From: Lytechinus pictus
Taxonomy: Eukaryota
DNA length: 64,000 bases
Reading direction: 5' to 3'
Assembly (NCBI RefSeq): GCF_037042905.1
Contig: NC_087263.1
Location: forward strand, 9,426,001 to 9,490,000
The notes beneath the pieces are model-generated. The model saw only the letters and a program-made list of their open reading frames with translations, did no database searches and was not told the origin of the DNA. Positions 52,713-64,000 of the stretch are shown piece by piece (the first letter of the stretch is position 1; each line of letters begins with the position of its first letter). Made by a program: the position numbers and the translations under genes.

Positions 52713-54329
52713 TGATACACTATTAGTATGAATTTGTTAATTTCATACCTTTAATTGTATACCTTATTGATTTTTATATACTTTATGGATATTGTGTATA
52801 GAATTGCATTGGATCACTGAAAGATTCTTCTTTGATAACTCGTAGAAATTCTGAACATTATTAAAAATAATTATTTATATCCGAATTTTATACCCCAAAT
52901 GTGCATGTTAACAACATGGATACAGACTGACGGGCTTGCTAATGGTTTTTTTTCAATCTTTATTGATCAAAGTATAGTACATTATAAATTAAACAAATCA
53001 ACAAGCTTTATAAATCCATGTCAATTTTTAGAGCAGACCAATATAAGATCACGGTCGAAAAATATTCAATTTGTATAAAGATTATAGGAGTGCCACAAGA
53101 ACCTGTTATCGGACCTATTTTATTCTGCAATTGACTGATCTGTAAATTGGAACAGAGTTTTCATGCAGGACACCATCTCCATTTACATGATTTAAATGAT
53201 GGATCCCGCCCTGTATCTTTAGATTACAGGAAATACTGTTTCATTAGATTACAAGAAATAAAGAACTGGGTAACGCCTGGGCGAGGAGAAAGAGAGAAAA
53301 GAGGTTTTATTTATATAAAATAGTATCATTTAAAGTTACTGGTTGTCTTCACGTAAGAAACCAAAACTGGCGAATAGGACTACATGCATTGTTTTTTTTT
53401 TTTTTCCTTGCAGTTTATAGTTCGATGAAGAATATAGGGGTAGGCCCACTGCCGAATCCAGGGGGCACTGCCGGCCCGTGCCCCCCCCCCCTTGAGAGCC
53501 ATCAACATATGTAAAGAAAATATACCCTTTTATCCAAGTGTGCCCCCCCCCCCCATTTTTGAAAGATAACTATTTTTTTGCTTTTCAAAATTTTCCTTGG
53601 ACGAAATGACCTCCGATTGTAGGTGAAAACCATTTTTATTTTCATATTTTTTGCTTGGAGTCAAATTTTCATCGGAAAAATGTGCCCCCCCCCCTTGGAT
53701 CCGCCCCTGCGCTGGGTAGGCCTAATGTTAACTATTCAGCCTATAGGGGCCCACGTTCTTCAATTTTTCAAAATCCATCTAGATTGTTCAAATAATGTGT
53801 AGGCCTATTTCAAAAATAATAAATATCATTTTTTCAAAAAAATTATATCAAACACGATTTTAATCAACGCGCTCTTGTGAATATTGTGACTGATTTCTTA
53901 GAAGCAATAATTTTGCCTCATTTTGTCCTACATTTTTTGCACCCAAGTTCATTGATTTATCGTGGGACTTCTTCTTCTTCTTCTTCCTAAATACGGCACA
54001 TACCACCTGTCATGTCAGTGGAGTATTGTCGTACTGTATTGTGGATTGTGGATGCCGAATACTGAGAACCTATGTTTGGTGATCTCCCCAAAACATTCAA
54101 AAAGGATATTGGTGAATTATACGACGCTTTTCAGTCTGATCTAGATACCAATTTCAATGAAAATTCAAATAAAGCTTTTCACAATTTCGTTGCCCAATCC
54201 ATGAACTCCCAAAACAATAATCTTGATTCTGTCTCCGATCCAAATGATAGTATACCTATCAGCATGCACCTCCCTATTATTATTCAGAAAGTCAAGTTGC
54301 AAGTAAACATGTAAACAACAGTAAAGATG

Positions 54330-57300
54330 ATTTTTTAATATTACATTGCAATATTCGCAGTGCCAATAAAAATTTTGATGCTTTGCATTCCCTTTTACTT
54401 AATTCGAAACTCAACTGTTCGGTTATAGGCTTGTCAGAAACCTGGTTTACTTCTGAAACTGATTTAACATTTTTTTCACTTCCTGGTTATAATTTGATTA
54501 CGAATAATAGGACAGAAAAAACAGGTGGCGGTATGTTTGTATATTTCTGCACGGTACGAGTATATAGGCTGAGGCCAGAATTGAACCGCATAAATAACTC
54601 TATAGAAAGTTTATTTATTGAAGTACTTATTCCAAATGATAAAAACATTGTAATTGGGGTTATCTACAGACCTCCAAACTATCTTCGTGATGACTTTTCG
54701 ATCAATTTCAATGAATTATTAAATCACCCCATCATGCTTCATAAAAACTGCTTTTTACTAGGGGATTTTTATGCAGACTTCTTAAAATGTGATTCAGATG
54801 CATTCATACAAAATTCATGGATTCATTTCTTACTGTTGGTTTTTTACCAGCAATTACTAAACCTACCAGAATTTCTACCAACTCGGCCAGTCTTATTGAT
54901 AATGTCTTTACGAATGTACGACTTGCGCTGTCATCTGGCATAATTCTCTCCGATCTATCTGACCATTTTCCAATATTTCTCCATTTCCAACTCAATAATG
55001 ATTTCTCGGCGAACTCGGTTTCTTTTCACATACAACGTGATTTTTCTGAAAACAATATAGAACACTTTATGCAAGAGCTAGAAAACACAGACTGGTCTGG
55101 AATCTACACTATAGAAAATGCAAATGATGCCTTTGAATCATTCATGAGCATAACATCTTGAAAGATGGACCATTGTTTTCCTTTCATCCGAAAAAAAGAT
55201 CTCACTACAAAAAGATTCCAAGGTCCCCATGGGTCTCCAAGGGTATTTTACGATCCATTAACAGGAAGTACAATCTTTATTTGAAATCAATTGATTGTCA
55301 AACCATGTGATAAGAACAAGAAAAAGTACAAAGATTACAAGAACATTCTTACTGGTATACTTAGGAAAAGTAAAAAAATATGTAATCAGTCTCAATTATT
55401 CAAAAATGATATACAAAATACCTGGAAAATAATTAAGAATGTTTTGCATGGTAAATTTAAAAAAATCTATTGTTTCAAAAATAAATGTTGATGGCGAAAT
55501 TATAAAAAATCCACTTTCAAGGATTATTTTTCCAGTATAGGCCCAAATCTTGCCGGACTCATTCCAGACTCTACAAAACACTTTACTGATTTTCTTCATG
55601 ACCCCAACCCAAATTCAATATATTTTTCTCCTACAGATGAGGCAGAAATTGCGGATATAATTCATGGCTTAAAAAATAAGCAAAGCTCGGGGCATGATGG
55701 CATCAATAACATTTTGTTAAAAAAGAATTGTAATACCATTGTTAAACCCTTGGCATATATCTATAATTTATGTATGTCTACTTGGATTGTTCCTTCATCT
55801 CTGAATTAAAAAGGTGACAGTACTGCGTTAGGTAATTATCGACCTATATCACTGCTGACCTGTTTGTCTAAAGTACTTGAAAAATTGATATTTGTTCGTA
55901 CGACGAAATTCTTTAATTTCCATGATTTATTTTATCCCTCCCAATTTGGTTTTCGTGAAAATCATAATACTACACATGCATTATTAACAATAGTTGATAA
56001 GATTGCCAGCGGAATCGACAAGTTTCAACATACTGTTGGGGTGTTCCTGGACTTCTCCAAGGCTTTTGATACCATTAATCATAACATTTTATTACACAAA
56101 CTTAATTACTATGGAGTCAGGGGAATAGCCTTGGAGTGGTTCAGGAACTACCTAGACAATAGAAAACAATTTGTCTCTGTCGAAAACTTTAACTCCGAAA
56201 CAAAACTTGTTACTTGTGGGGTTCCCCAAGGCTCTATTTTGGGTCCCCTACTTTTTCTTATATACATAAGAAACGTGGAGCGTTGTGGCCCAGTGGATCA
56301 GTCTCCGGACTTTGAAACAGAGGGTCGTGGGTTCGAATCCCAGCCATGGCGTAATTTCCTTCAGCAAGAAACTGATCCACAATGTGCTGCACTTAACCCA
56401 GGTGAGGTAAATGGGTACCGGTAGGAAGAAATTCCTTAAAAAGCTGTGTGCGCTATGAACGCCTAGCTTAGCCGGGTCATATAGGAGCGCCTTGAGCACC
56501 TAACAAAGTGGATATGTGCGCAATATAAATACCCTATATTATATTATTATTATTATTATTAAATGATTTGTTTAAGTCCTCCAATAATTTATCCTTTATT
56601 CTGTTTGCTGACGATTCTAATATTTTTTTCTCCCATAAGGATCCATGCCATTTGCTTGCCACCATTAATCACGAACTAGTACATGTATCTGAATGGATCA
56701 AAGCTAATAAACTATCCCTTAATCTCCAAAAAACAAATTATATGCTCTTTAGTAATCATTGATGAACTTCCAGGTAATATAATTTTCGAAAATACTAATT
56801 TACAAAGAGTTGGCAGTACTAAATTTCTTGGGGTAACTATTGATCATAATCTTTCCTGGAAAGAACACGTAGATCACATTTGTAAAATTATTTCGAGAAA
56901 TATTGGTATCATAAACAAAGTAAAAAAATTCTTTCCCACTCATATACTATTTAATTTGTATTCAACTTTGATCCTGTCTCATTAAACTACGGTATAACAG
57001 CATGGGGGAATTGTACTGACTGCCTCCTGAACAGAATTTTTCTTTTGCAGAAAAAGGATATTCGTATTATTTGTCATGCAGATTTTCGTTCACTGACGAA
57101 CTTTTCTATAAATATAATATTTTGAAGATTGGTGACTTGTATCGATACAATCTCGGAAAACTCATGTATAGTTTAGATAAAAATTAACTTCCAAATATTT
57201 TTTTATTCCATGTTTACTAAAAATGTCGATATTCATCATTATCCTATTAGGTCCGCCGGGCTCTTTCATCCACCAAGAGCTAGAACCATCCTTTTGAATA

Positions 57301-57420
57301 AAACATTTATTTTTACAGGTATCAAACTTTGGAATTCCCTTATAGAATCATTACGTAACAAACCAACACATTTAAGTTTCAGTCGAGGGTTAAAGAAAAT
57401 TCTTATCCTTGGTATAAACC
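54330..57420 (+). pseudogene. LINE ORF2 pseudogene (endonuclease-reverse transcriptase)
   Basis: Successive ORF fragments 54383-57563 carry EN and RT motifs with stops and frameshifts. Confidence 0.9.
56270..56560 (+). mobile_element. tRNA-derived SINE, full length
   Basis: A box TGGCCCAGTGG, B box GGTTCGAATCC, core GGTAAATGGGTACC, (ATT)n tail. Splits RT codons YI/NDL. Confidence 0.9.
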
Positions 57421-57822
57421 CCAGAGCTCAAACATTTCTGTGTAAGCAGCTACCACCTCTTTTGTTCTTCTTCCTTTCTTATTGTCTTCCTTCTTCTCTT
57501 TCCCCCTCTCCTCTCACATTTCTTTTCTCTCTCTCTCTCTCTTCCTATCATCTTAATGTCTAGTTCTATTGCTTTTCTAATTTTCCTGTTTGTCTAGTTT
57601 TGTAGTGTGTTTTGTTTTGTTTCTTTTCCTTTTCTTTGTTTGCTGTCTGCCCTGTTCTGTCCTGTTTTGTTTTTGTTTGTGTGCCTTTTTTGTTTTTGTC
57701 TTTGTTTTGTTTTTAGTATTCGTCCTGTCTTGTCCAAGTGATTGTCTGTTCACACACTCCTGAACTCAGGGTGTTTTTTTATACAGCAGGGGTATGATAT
57801 ATTTTTTTGTTAATTGTAACAT

Positions 57823-60800
57823 TAGACGGGTCAATATATGGTTTGACCCGGAACAAATTGCAACAAATGATTTTACAACGGTATTTTGTACTATTTGACC
57901 TCAGGAATAACATACTAAAAATCTACCAAAATCCGCAACCGGGAAAGTGGTTATTTTCAAGATGGCGTCCAAGATGGCCGCCATTCACTAAAAATGTATA
58001 TAACTCACTCATTATCCACCCTAGAATCCTATTTGGGTTCACATTCCATGGTCCAATGGGTAAAAGAATTTATTTATACAAGTTAGAGTGAATATTAGCA
58101 CTCCAGGGTACCAGGAAAATCCAAGATGGCGCCCAAAATGGCTGCCGTAGTCTAAAAAATCCACAATTCATTTATTACTTACTTAAGTGGCTTTAATTTG
58201 GTTTCCATTCGATTGTGATAATGATGAAGTAGTACGTCGGGACAAGTTACAAGGACAGCCAGTGGTCTGGTGCGTCCAAAAATACAAGATGGCTTCCAAA
58301 AATTGAGTTTAAAATGGCTGTTAATCCTTCAAATGGACATAGCTCATATCACATCCACCTGAGAGATATGATTTTGGTGTCTAGACCATGGTTTCAATGG
58401 TCAAATAATACATTGGGACCAGTTACAAGGACAGTCAGTGGTCCGGTATGTTCAAAAATCCAAGATGGCTTCCAAAAATGGAGTAAAAAATGTTGTTGCT
58501 ACTTAAAAAAAAACACAACATAGTTTGTTCAATATCCGGGAATATGATTTTTGTGCCTATACCATGGTTAAGTGGGTCAAATAATAAATTGGGATAAGTT
58601 ACAAGGACTATTGGTGGTCAAGTATGTCCAAAAGTCCACGGTGGCTTAAAAAATGGTATCGATTAGCCGCGATGGTATATAAAAATGGACATATTTCATG
58701 TTTTATTCGTCAAGGGCATATGATTTTGTTGCCTATATCATGGTTTCAAAAGGCAGAACATTAGCTACAAGGACAGTCAGTGGTCCAGTATGTCGAAAAT
58801 CTAAGAAAGCTTCCAAAAATCGGAGTCTAAAATGCCTGCTGTTACTTTAAAAATGGACATAGTTAAGTTAAAATCCACCTAGGAGATATGATTTCGGTGT
58901 CCACACTATGTTTTCATGGTTAAAATAATACGTTTGGACTGGTTACATTGATATGCAGTTGTCCAGGGGCCCGTTGCAGAAAGAGTTGAAATCAATCGCA
59001 ACTCTAAAAATCACGCACAACTTGATTTTCAGCCAAACAACAGCGCGCATTCGGGACTTGCGATTGATTTTTTGACTTACGTTTAAACGCAACTCTTTCT
59101 GCAACAGACCCCTGTTTGCCTAAAACACAAGAGGGTTTTTAAAAAAGGAATCTAAAACGACTCATATCATTCAATAGTGGTCAGACTTCTACAATATTCA
59201 TCTGCAAGAAATAATGATGGTGTCCAAATTGTGGTATGAAGGGTCAAATAATACATTCGGACAAGTAACAAGGATGGTTAGTACTCCATTTTGTCAAAGA
59301 ATCCATGATGGATTCTAAAATTTGTGCTGTTACCAACTCATGAAACAATATGATAACTTGTCCCCATGCATTTAAGTGTAGGCACCAAGATTATTTCTAA
59401 CAGGTAGATATTTTATGTAACAGTAGTCACTTTAGAACCCATTTTTTAAGCCAACTTGGATTTTAAGGCAAAATGCATAGCTGCATATCATGGTAACCAG
59501 TCCCAAAGTATTGTTTGGCCCTTGAAACCCTAGTGTAGACACCAAAATAGTATCCACAAGGTGTATTTATAATGTTCTACATCCACTTTTAAGTAACAGC
59601 AGTCATTTAAGACCCCCATTTTTAAAGCCATCTTTGATTTTTGGACATACCTGACACCTGACTGTCCTTTCAACTTAACCCAATGTATTGCTTGACCCTG
59701 TAAACTCTAGTATAGACAGCAAAATCATACCTCCAAGGTGTATTTATAATAAAGTATGCATACTTTTAAGTAGCAACGGTCAATTTACTTCCCATTTTTT
59801 TAAAGTAATCTTGGATTTTTTAACATACAGACAATTGACTCGTCTTGTAAGTTACCCTAGTGTATTACTTGACCCTTTTAAACCATGCTTTTAACACCAA
59901 ATTCATATTCCCAGACAGATATTAAACAAACTCTGTCCTTTTATAAGTAACATCAGAAATTTTTTACTCCATTTTTGGAAGCCATCTTGTAATTTTGGAC
60001 ATACTAGACCACTGACTGCCATTGTCTGGTCCTAATATATAATTTGACCCTTGAAACCATAGTTTAGAAATCATATCTCACAGGCGGATTTAAAATGAGC
60101 TATGCCACTTTTAAGTATCAACAGCCATTTTAGAATCAAGTTTTGGCAGCCATATTGGATTTTTGGTCATACCAGACCACTGACTGGCCTCAAAACCTGT
60201 CCTAATGTATTATTTTGGCCCTTAAACCAGTGGTTTAGACACCAAAATCGCATTTCCCATGCCGATATGAAATAAGCTATGTCCGCTTTAAGTAGCAGCA
60301 GTCAATTTAGAATCAATTTTTGGAAGCCAACTTAGATTTTTTGACCGACCAGGTCACTGACTATCCTTGTAACTTGCCCTAATGTATTAATTGATCCTTG
60401 AAACTAGTGGTTTAGACACCAAAATCACATTTCCAGGCCGATATGAAAGGAGCTTGTCCGCCTTAAGTATCAGCAGCATATTTTTAAGACCAATTTTTGG
60501 ACGCCATCTTCGATTTTTTGACATACCAGACCATTGACTGTCCTTGTAACTTATCATGATATATTACTTGACCCTTGAAACCAGTGGTTTAGACATCAAA
60601 ATCACATATCCCAGGCCAAAATGAAATGAGCTTTGTCCGCTTTAGTATTAGCAGCCATTTCAGAATCAATTTTTAGAATCCATCGAGGATTTTTGCACAT
60701 ACCAGACCACTGACCTTCCTTGTAACTTGTCCCAATGTATTATTTGACCCATTTAACCATGGTATAGACACAAAAATCATATTTCTGGACATTGAGCAAA

Positions 60801-61486
60801 CTATGTCGGGTTTTCTTAAGTAGCAACAGCAATTTTCGACTCCATTTTTGGAAGCCATCTTGGATTTTTGAACATACTGGGCCACTGACTGTCATTGTAA
60901 CTTGTCCCAATGTCTTATTTGACCATTGAAATCATGGTCTAGACACCAAAATCATTATGTCCCAGGCGGATATGAAATGAACTATGTCCATTTTAATTAT
61001 CAACAGCCATTTTAAACTCCATTTTTGGAAGCCATCTTGGATTTTTGGACACACCAGACCACTGGCTGTCCTCGTAACTTGTTTCAATGTACTATTTCAC
61101 CCTTAAAACCATTGAATAAAAAACAAATTTAGATGAATTGTGGATTTTCAGCCCACAGCAGCCATTTTGGGCGCCATCTTGGATTTGCCTTGTACACTGG
61201 GGTGCTTATAATGCATTCTAGCCTAAATCAATTTTTGTACCCCCAGACCATGAAATATGAACAGAAATAGTATTATAAGGTGGATAATGTGTCAGTTGTA
61301 TCCATTTTCAGTGAATGGCGGCCATCTTGGACGCCATCTTGAAAATAACCACTTTCCCGGATGCGGATTTTGGTAGATTTTCAGTATGTTATTCCTGAGG
61401 TCAAATAGTACAAAATACCGTTGAAAAATCATTTGTTGCAATTTGTTCCGGGTAAGGCTATTTTTGGTCGTATATTGACCCGTCTA
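57823..61486. mobile_element. Academ-like foldback element (3.66 kb palindrome built of ~120 bp tandem units)
   Basis: TAGACGGGTCAATATA termini with CAT duplication. Unit orientation flips near 59340. Confidence 0.85.
58967..59111. mobile_element. Harbinger-like MITE inside the foldback element
   Basis: TIRs and CWG flanks; same family as 10245-13300. Confidence 0.8.
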
Positions 61487-62860
61487 CATAGTGAGTAGGC
61501 ATAAAAAGCTTGACCCCACTAGTATTCTTTTTCATTGTACAAACCTTTTTAATTTACGAATTGAATTTCATTGATCAAAGATATACTTTAATTAACTTTT
61601 TATTGCAGGGAACCCATACTAACAAGCTTTGCTTTCCAGTGGGTTCCCTTTTTTCATTTCTGTATATTATATTTTTTGTGTTTTGCTATACATTGTAACT
61701 TTTGTTAAATTTTGGAATGAAAAAGAATAAATGCAATCAATAAAAAAAGACAACATACATAATTACATTATATATATTTACATACTAGCAGAGCCCATGG
61801 AAAATTCAACGGCACTACCTGCATGTATTTTTATTTTCCTTTATTTCTTGGTATATAAAATAAGTGCTGAAATCACCCTGAGGATTTTTTTTTGTCCCCA
61901 TAAGAACTATTTTTTTTCATCAGGGCATTCTCAAAGAGAAAATTAAAGGGATGCTCCGGGCTGAAAATATTTATATCTAAATAAAATTAATAGAGTAAAA
62001 TTCACAAAGCAAAATACTGGAAATCCCATCAAAACCTGACAACAAATAGCGAAGCTATTGATTATGCACATGTCTGGGGCAGAAGTATGCCATTTCTGAA
62101 TTATCCTAAATTTTTTTTTGTAATAAACCTTTTGCTGAAAAAAAAAAATTGTATTCTGTTAAAAAGCATTGCACTCATACCGAATACACGGCTCTGCATG
62201 GCACAACAGTCATCATTATCTGTATTGTATCCAGATCAGTGCTCCACATTTGGAATTGAATAGCGCCCCCTTGTGCTCATGAAATAAAAATGAAATCGGA
62301 ATTGGAGATTAATTGTCAGAGAGTATTAGGGGGGGGAGGCATGGGCGGAAATAACAAGGGGACATGGGAACGCGTCCCCCTCACTTTTTGGAAAGGGGGC
62401 ACTCAATATCAAATGTCCCCCCCCCCCTGGGAGAAGATAATAACACATATCAAAAAATTGCTTTAAAGAAATTACAGACCAAATTTCTTATCTAAAAATA
62501 AGTTTGACCAAGTCAGTGAATGCAACGGTGGCGCTATGACATTTCAATACTGTGGGGGGGGGGGGGGTGGTGCGGTGAGGAGGTGCACATGATGATGATG
62601 ATGGTAATAATGATGATCTTGATCATTACCGGGACTGTTTTGAAGGGGGAGGGGCAAAAACACAATCAGATGATGTGTATTTCTTGTTAACGTTTGATTT
62701 TATGAAAATATATTATTTGTCTTTGTCAACTAAAACACCCCTACTTTTTTAAACAGAAAAAAAAACACGAATCAAAATCTAAAAATACATTGTAGGGCCT
62801 ACATAAGGACCAAGCATTCTCAGCCCCACTTAGTCTGCACCTGCACCCGTATATTATAGT

Positions 62861-63100
62861 ACACAGCAAAAACTGTGGTGTTAACCGGTGTATATAGAGG
62901 ACCACACCAGTTATTTTACACCGGTGTTAAATTGACAGCGTTAGTTTAACACCTACAGGTGTTATTACAGCACCTTTGGTTGTCACATCAACACCCTTTG
63001 GTGTTATGTTCAATCCCTAGGGTGTAATTTTAACACCTCATGGTGTGGTCCTCTATTAACACCAACTGGTGTCAGTTTTAGCACCTCAGTTTTTACAGTG
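62861..63100. mobile_element. CAC-terminated, TA-flanked MITE; relative at ~30038-30292
   Basis: TACACAGCAAAAACTG / CAGTTTTTACAGTGTA termini; internal AACACC motifs. Confidence 0.6.
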
Positions 63101-63187
63101 TATTATTAAATATAATTTGTAATTGTTTGCCGGGGTTTCCGCACATTCAAGCTAAGCTTATGGTGGCAACACCTACAACCTTCTTAA

Positions 63188-63783
63188 AGGACAAGTCCAC
63201 TCAAACAAAAAGGTGATTTGAATAAAAAGAGAAAAAACCAACAAGCATAAAACTGAAAATTTCATCAAAATCAGATGTAAAATAAGAAAGTTATGACATT
63301 TTAAAGTTTCGCTCAATTTCACAAAACAGTTATATTCACATGCTTGTCGGTATGCAAATGAGGTGACTGATGACATCACTCACAATTTCTTTTGTATTTT
63401 ATTATTATGAAATATTCCAATTTTCTCCCTGTTGTCGTGTGAAACAATGATTAATTCCTCCCTGAACATGTGCAATCATTGTTTTACTATATGGTTCAAT
63501 CAAGTTGGTCCTTGTTGTCAAATCTATAAACAAATAAAATATTGTATAATTCAAACAATACTAAACAAAAGAAATAGTGAGTGATGGACATCATTGACTG
63601 TCTCATTTGCATGTAACTGAGTTGTGCATATCACTGTTTTGTGAAAAATAAGTGAAACTATGAAATTAAATGTCATAACTTTCTTATTTTACATCCGATT
63701 TTGATGAAATTTTGAGCATAATGCTTGTTTGATTTTTTTCTTCTATTTATTCAAATCAACATTTTCTGGGGTGGACTTGACCT
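63188..63783. mobile_element. Kolobok-like MITE, family A
   Basis: Same family, TTAA on both flanks. Confidence 0.85.
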
Positions 63784-64000
63784 TTAACTCGTTATGTTAT
63801 AGAAAATACAACCTTGTTATTGTTATGTAGGCCTACTCTGTATTTTCTTTGTTATTTAGATTAGATTACTGTAACAGCCTATTAACATTCCCGTTCCCCA
63901 AGTGTATTTGAAGCGCCTACAAAGTTTAAAAAACTGGGCAGCCCGTATTATCTTTAAGGTGGACCGACGTCATGATCCTGGCCCTTTACTTAAATCTCTT

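Larger units (their letters stand above)
53960..61748 (+). mobile_element. Decayed CR1/L2-group LINE (APE endonuclease + RT), interrupted by a SINE and the foldback element
   Basis: IGLSETWF, IGVIYRPPN, LSDHFPIF, QFGFRENH, FLDFSKAFDTINH, GVPQGSILGPLLFLIYI and FADDS motifs in frameshifted ORFs. 3' stem GGGAACCCA/TGGGTTCCC (61608-61648) then AATAAA at 61726. The 5' boundary is approximate. Confidence 0.85.

Noticed and set aside
52368..52715. 115 aa Phe/Ser/Leu-rich ORF
   Set aside because: Translation of a CT microsatellite.
1..64000. Frequent TACATGTA palindromes
   Set aside because: Dispersed without local structure; likely a genome-wide compositional feature, and enrichment was not computed.

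Overview
AT-rich, repeat-dense eukaryotic DNA. The repeat families suggest an invertebrate deuterostome, probably a sea urchin (inference). The window holds the 5' part of one minus-strand gene. Eight coding exons (50804-50751, 34517-34478, 27981-27736, 15617-15339, 14798-14532, 4283-4020, 2975-2712, 1668-1405) splice in frame into a signal peptide followed by six fibronectin type III (FN3) domains, and the gene runs off the left edge. It is most like an R3-type receptor tyrosine phosphatase ectodomain. The last three FN3 exons come from a very recent ~1.31 kb exon+intron tandem amplification. Introns are packed with transposons. The standout is a 6.7 kb DIRS-type element (19212-25949) whose ITRs are near-identical and whose ICR matches both termini perfectly, but which has no intact ORF. 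It sits in a four-level nest: Helentron-like HINE > Harbinger MITE > decayed DDE transposon > DIRS. Also present are two Academ-like foldback elements, many TTAA (Kolobok-like) and CWG (Harbinger-like) MITEs, a Penelope-like hairpin insertion with a hammerhead-like motif, a decayed CR1/L2-group LINE interrupted by a tRNA-SINE, and an L1/Tx1-like 3' fragment. All calls were made by eye; no database search was run.
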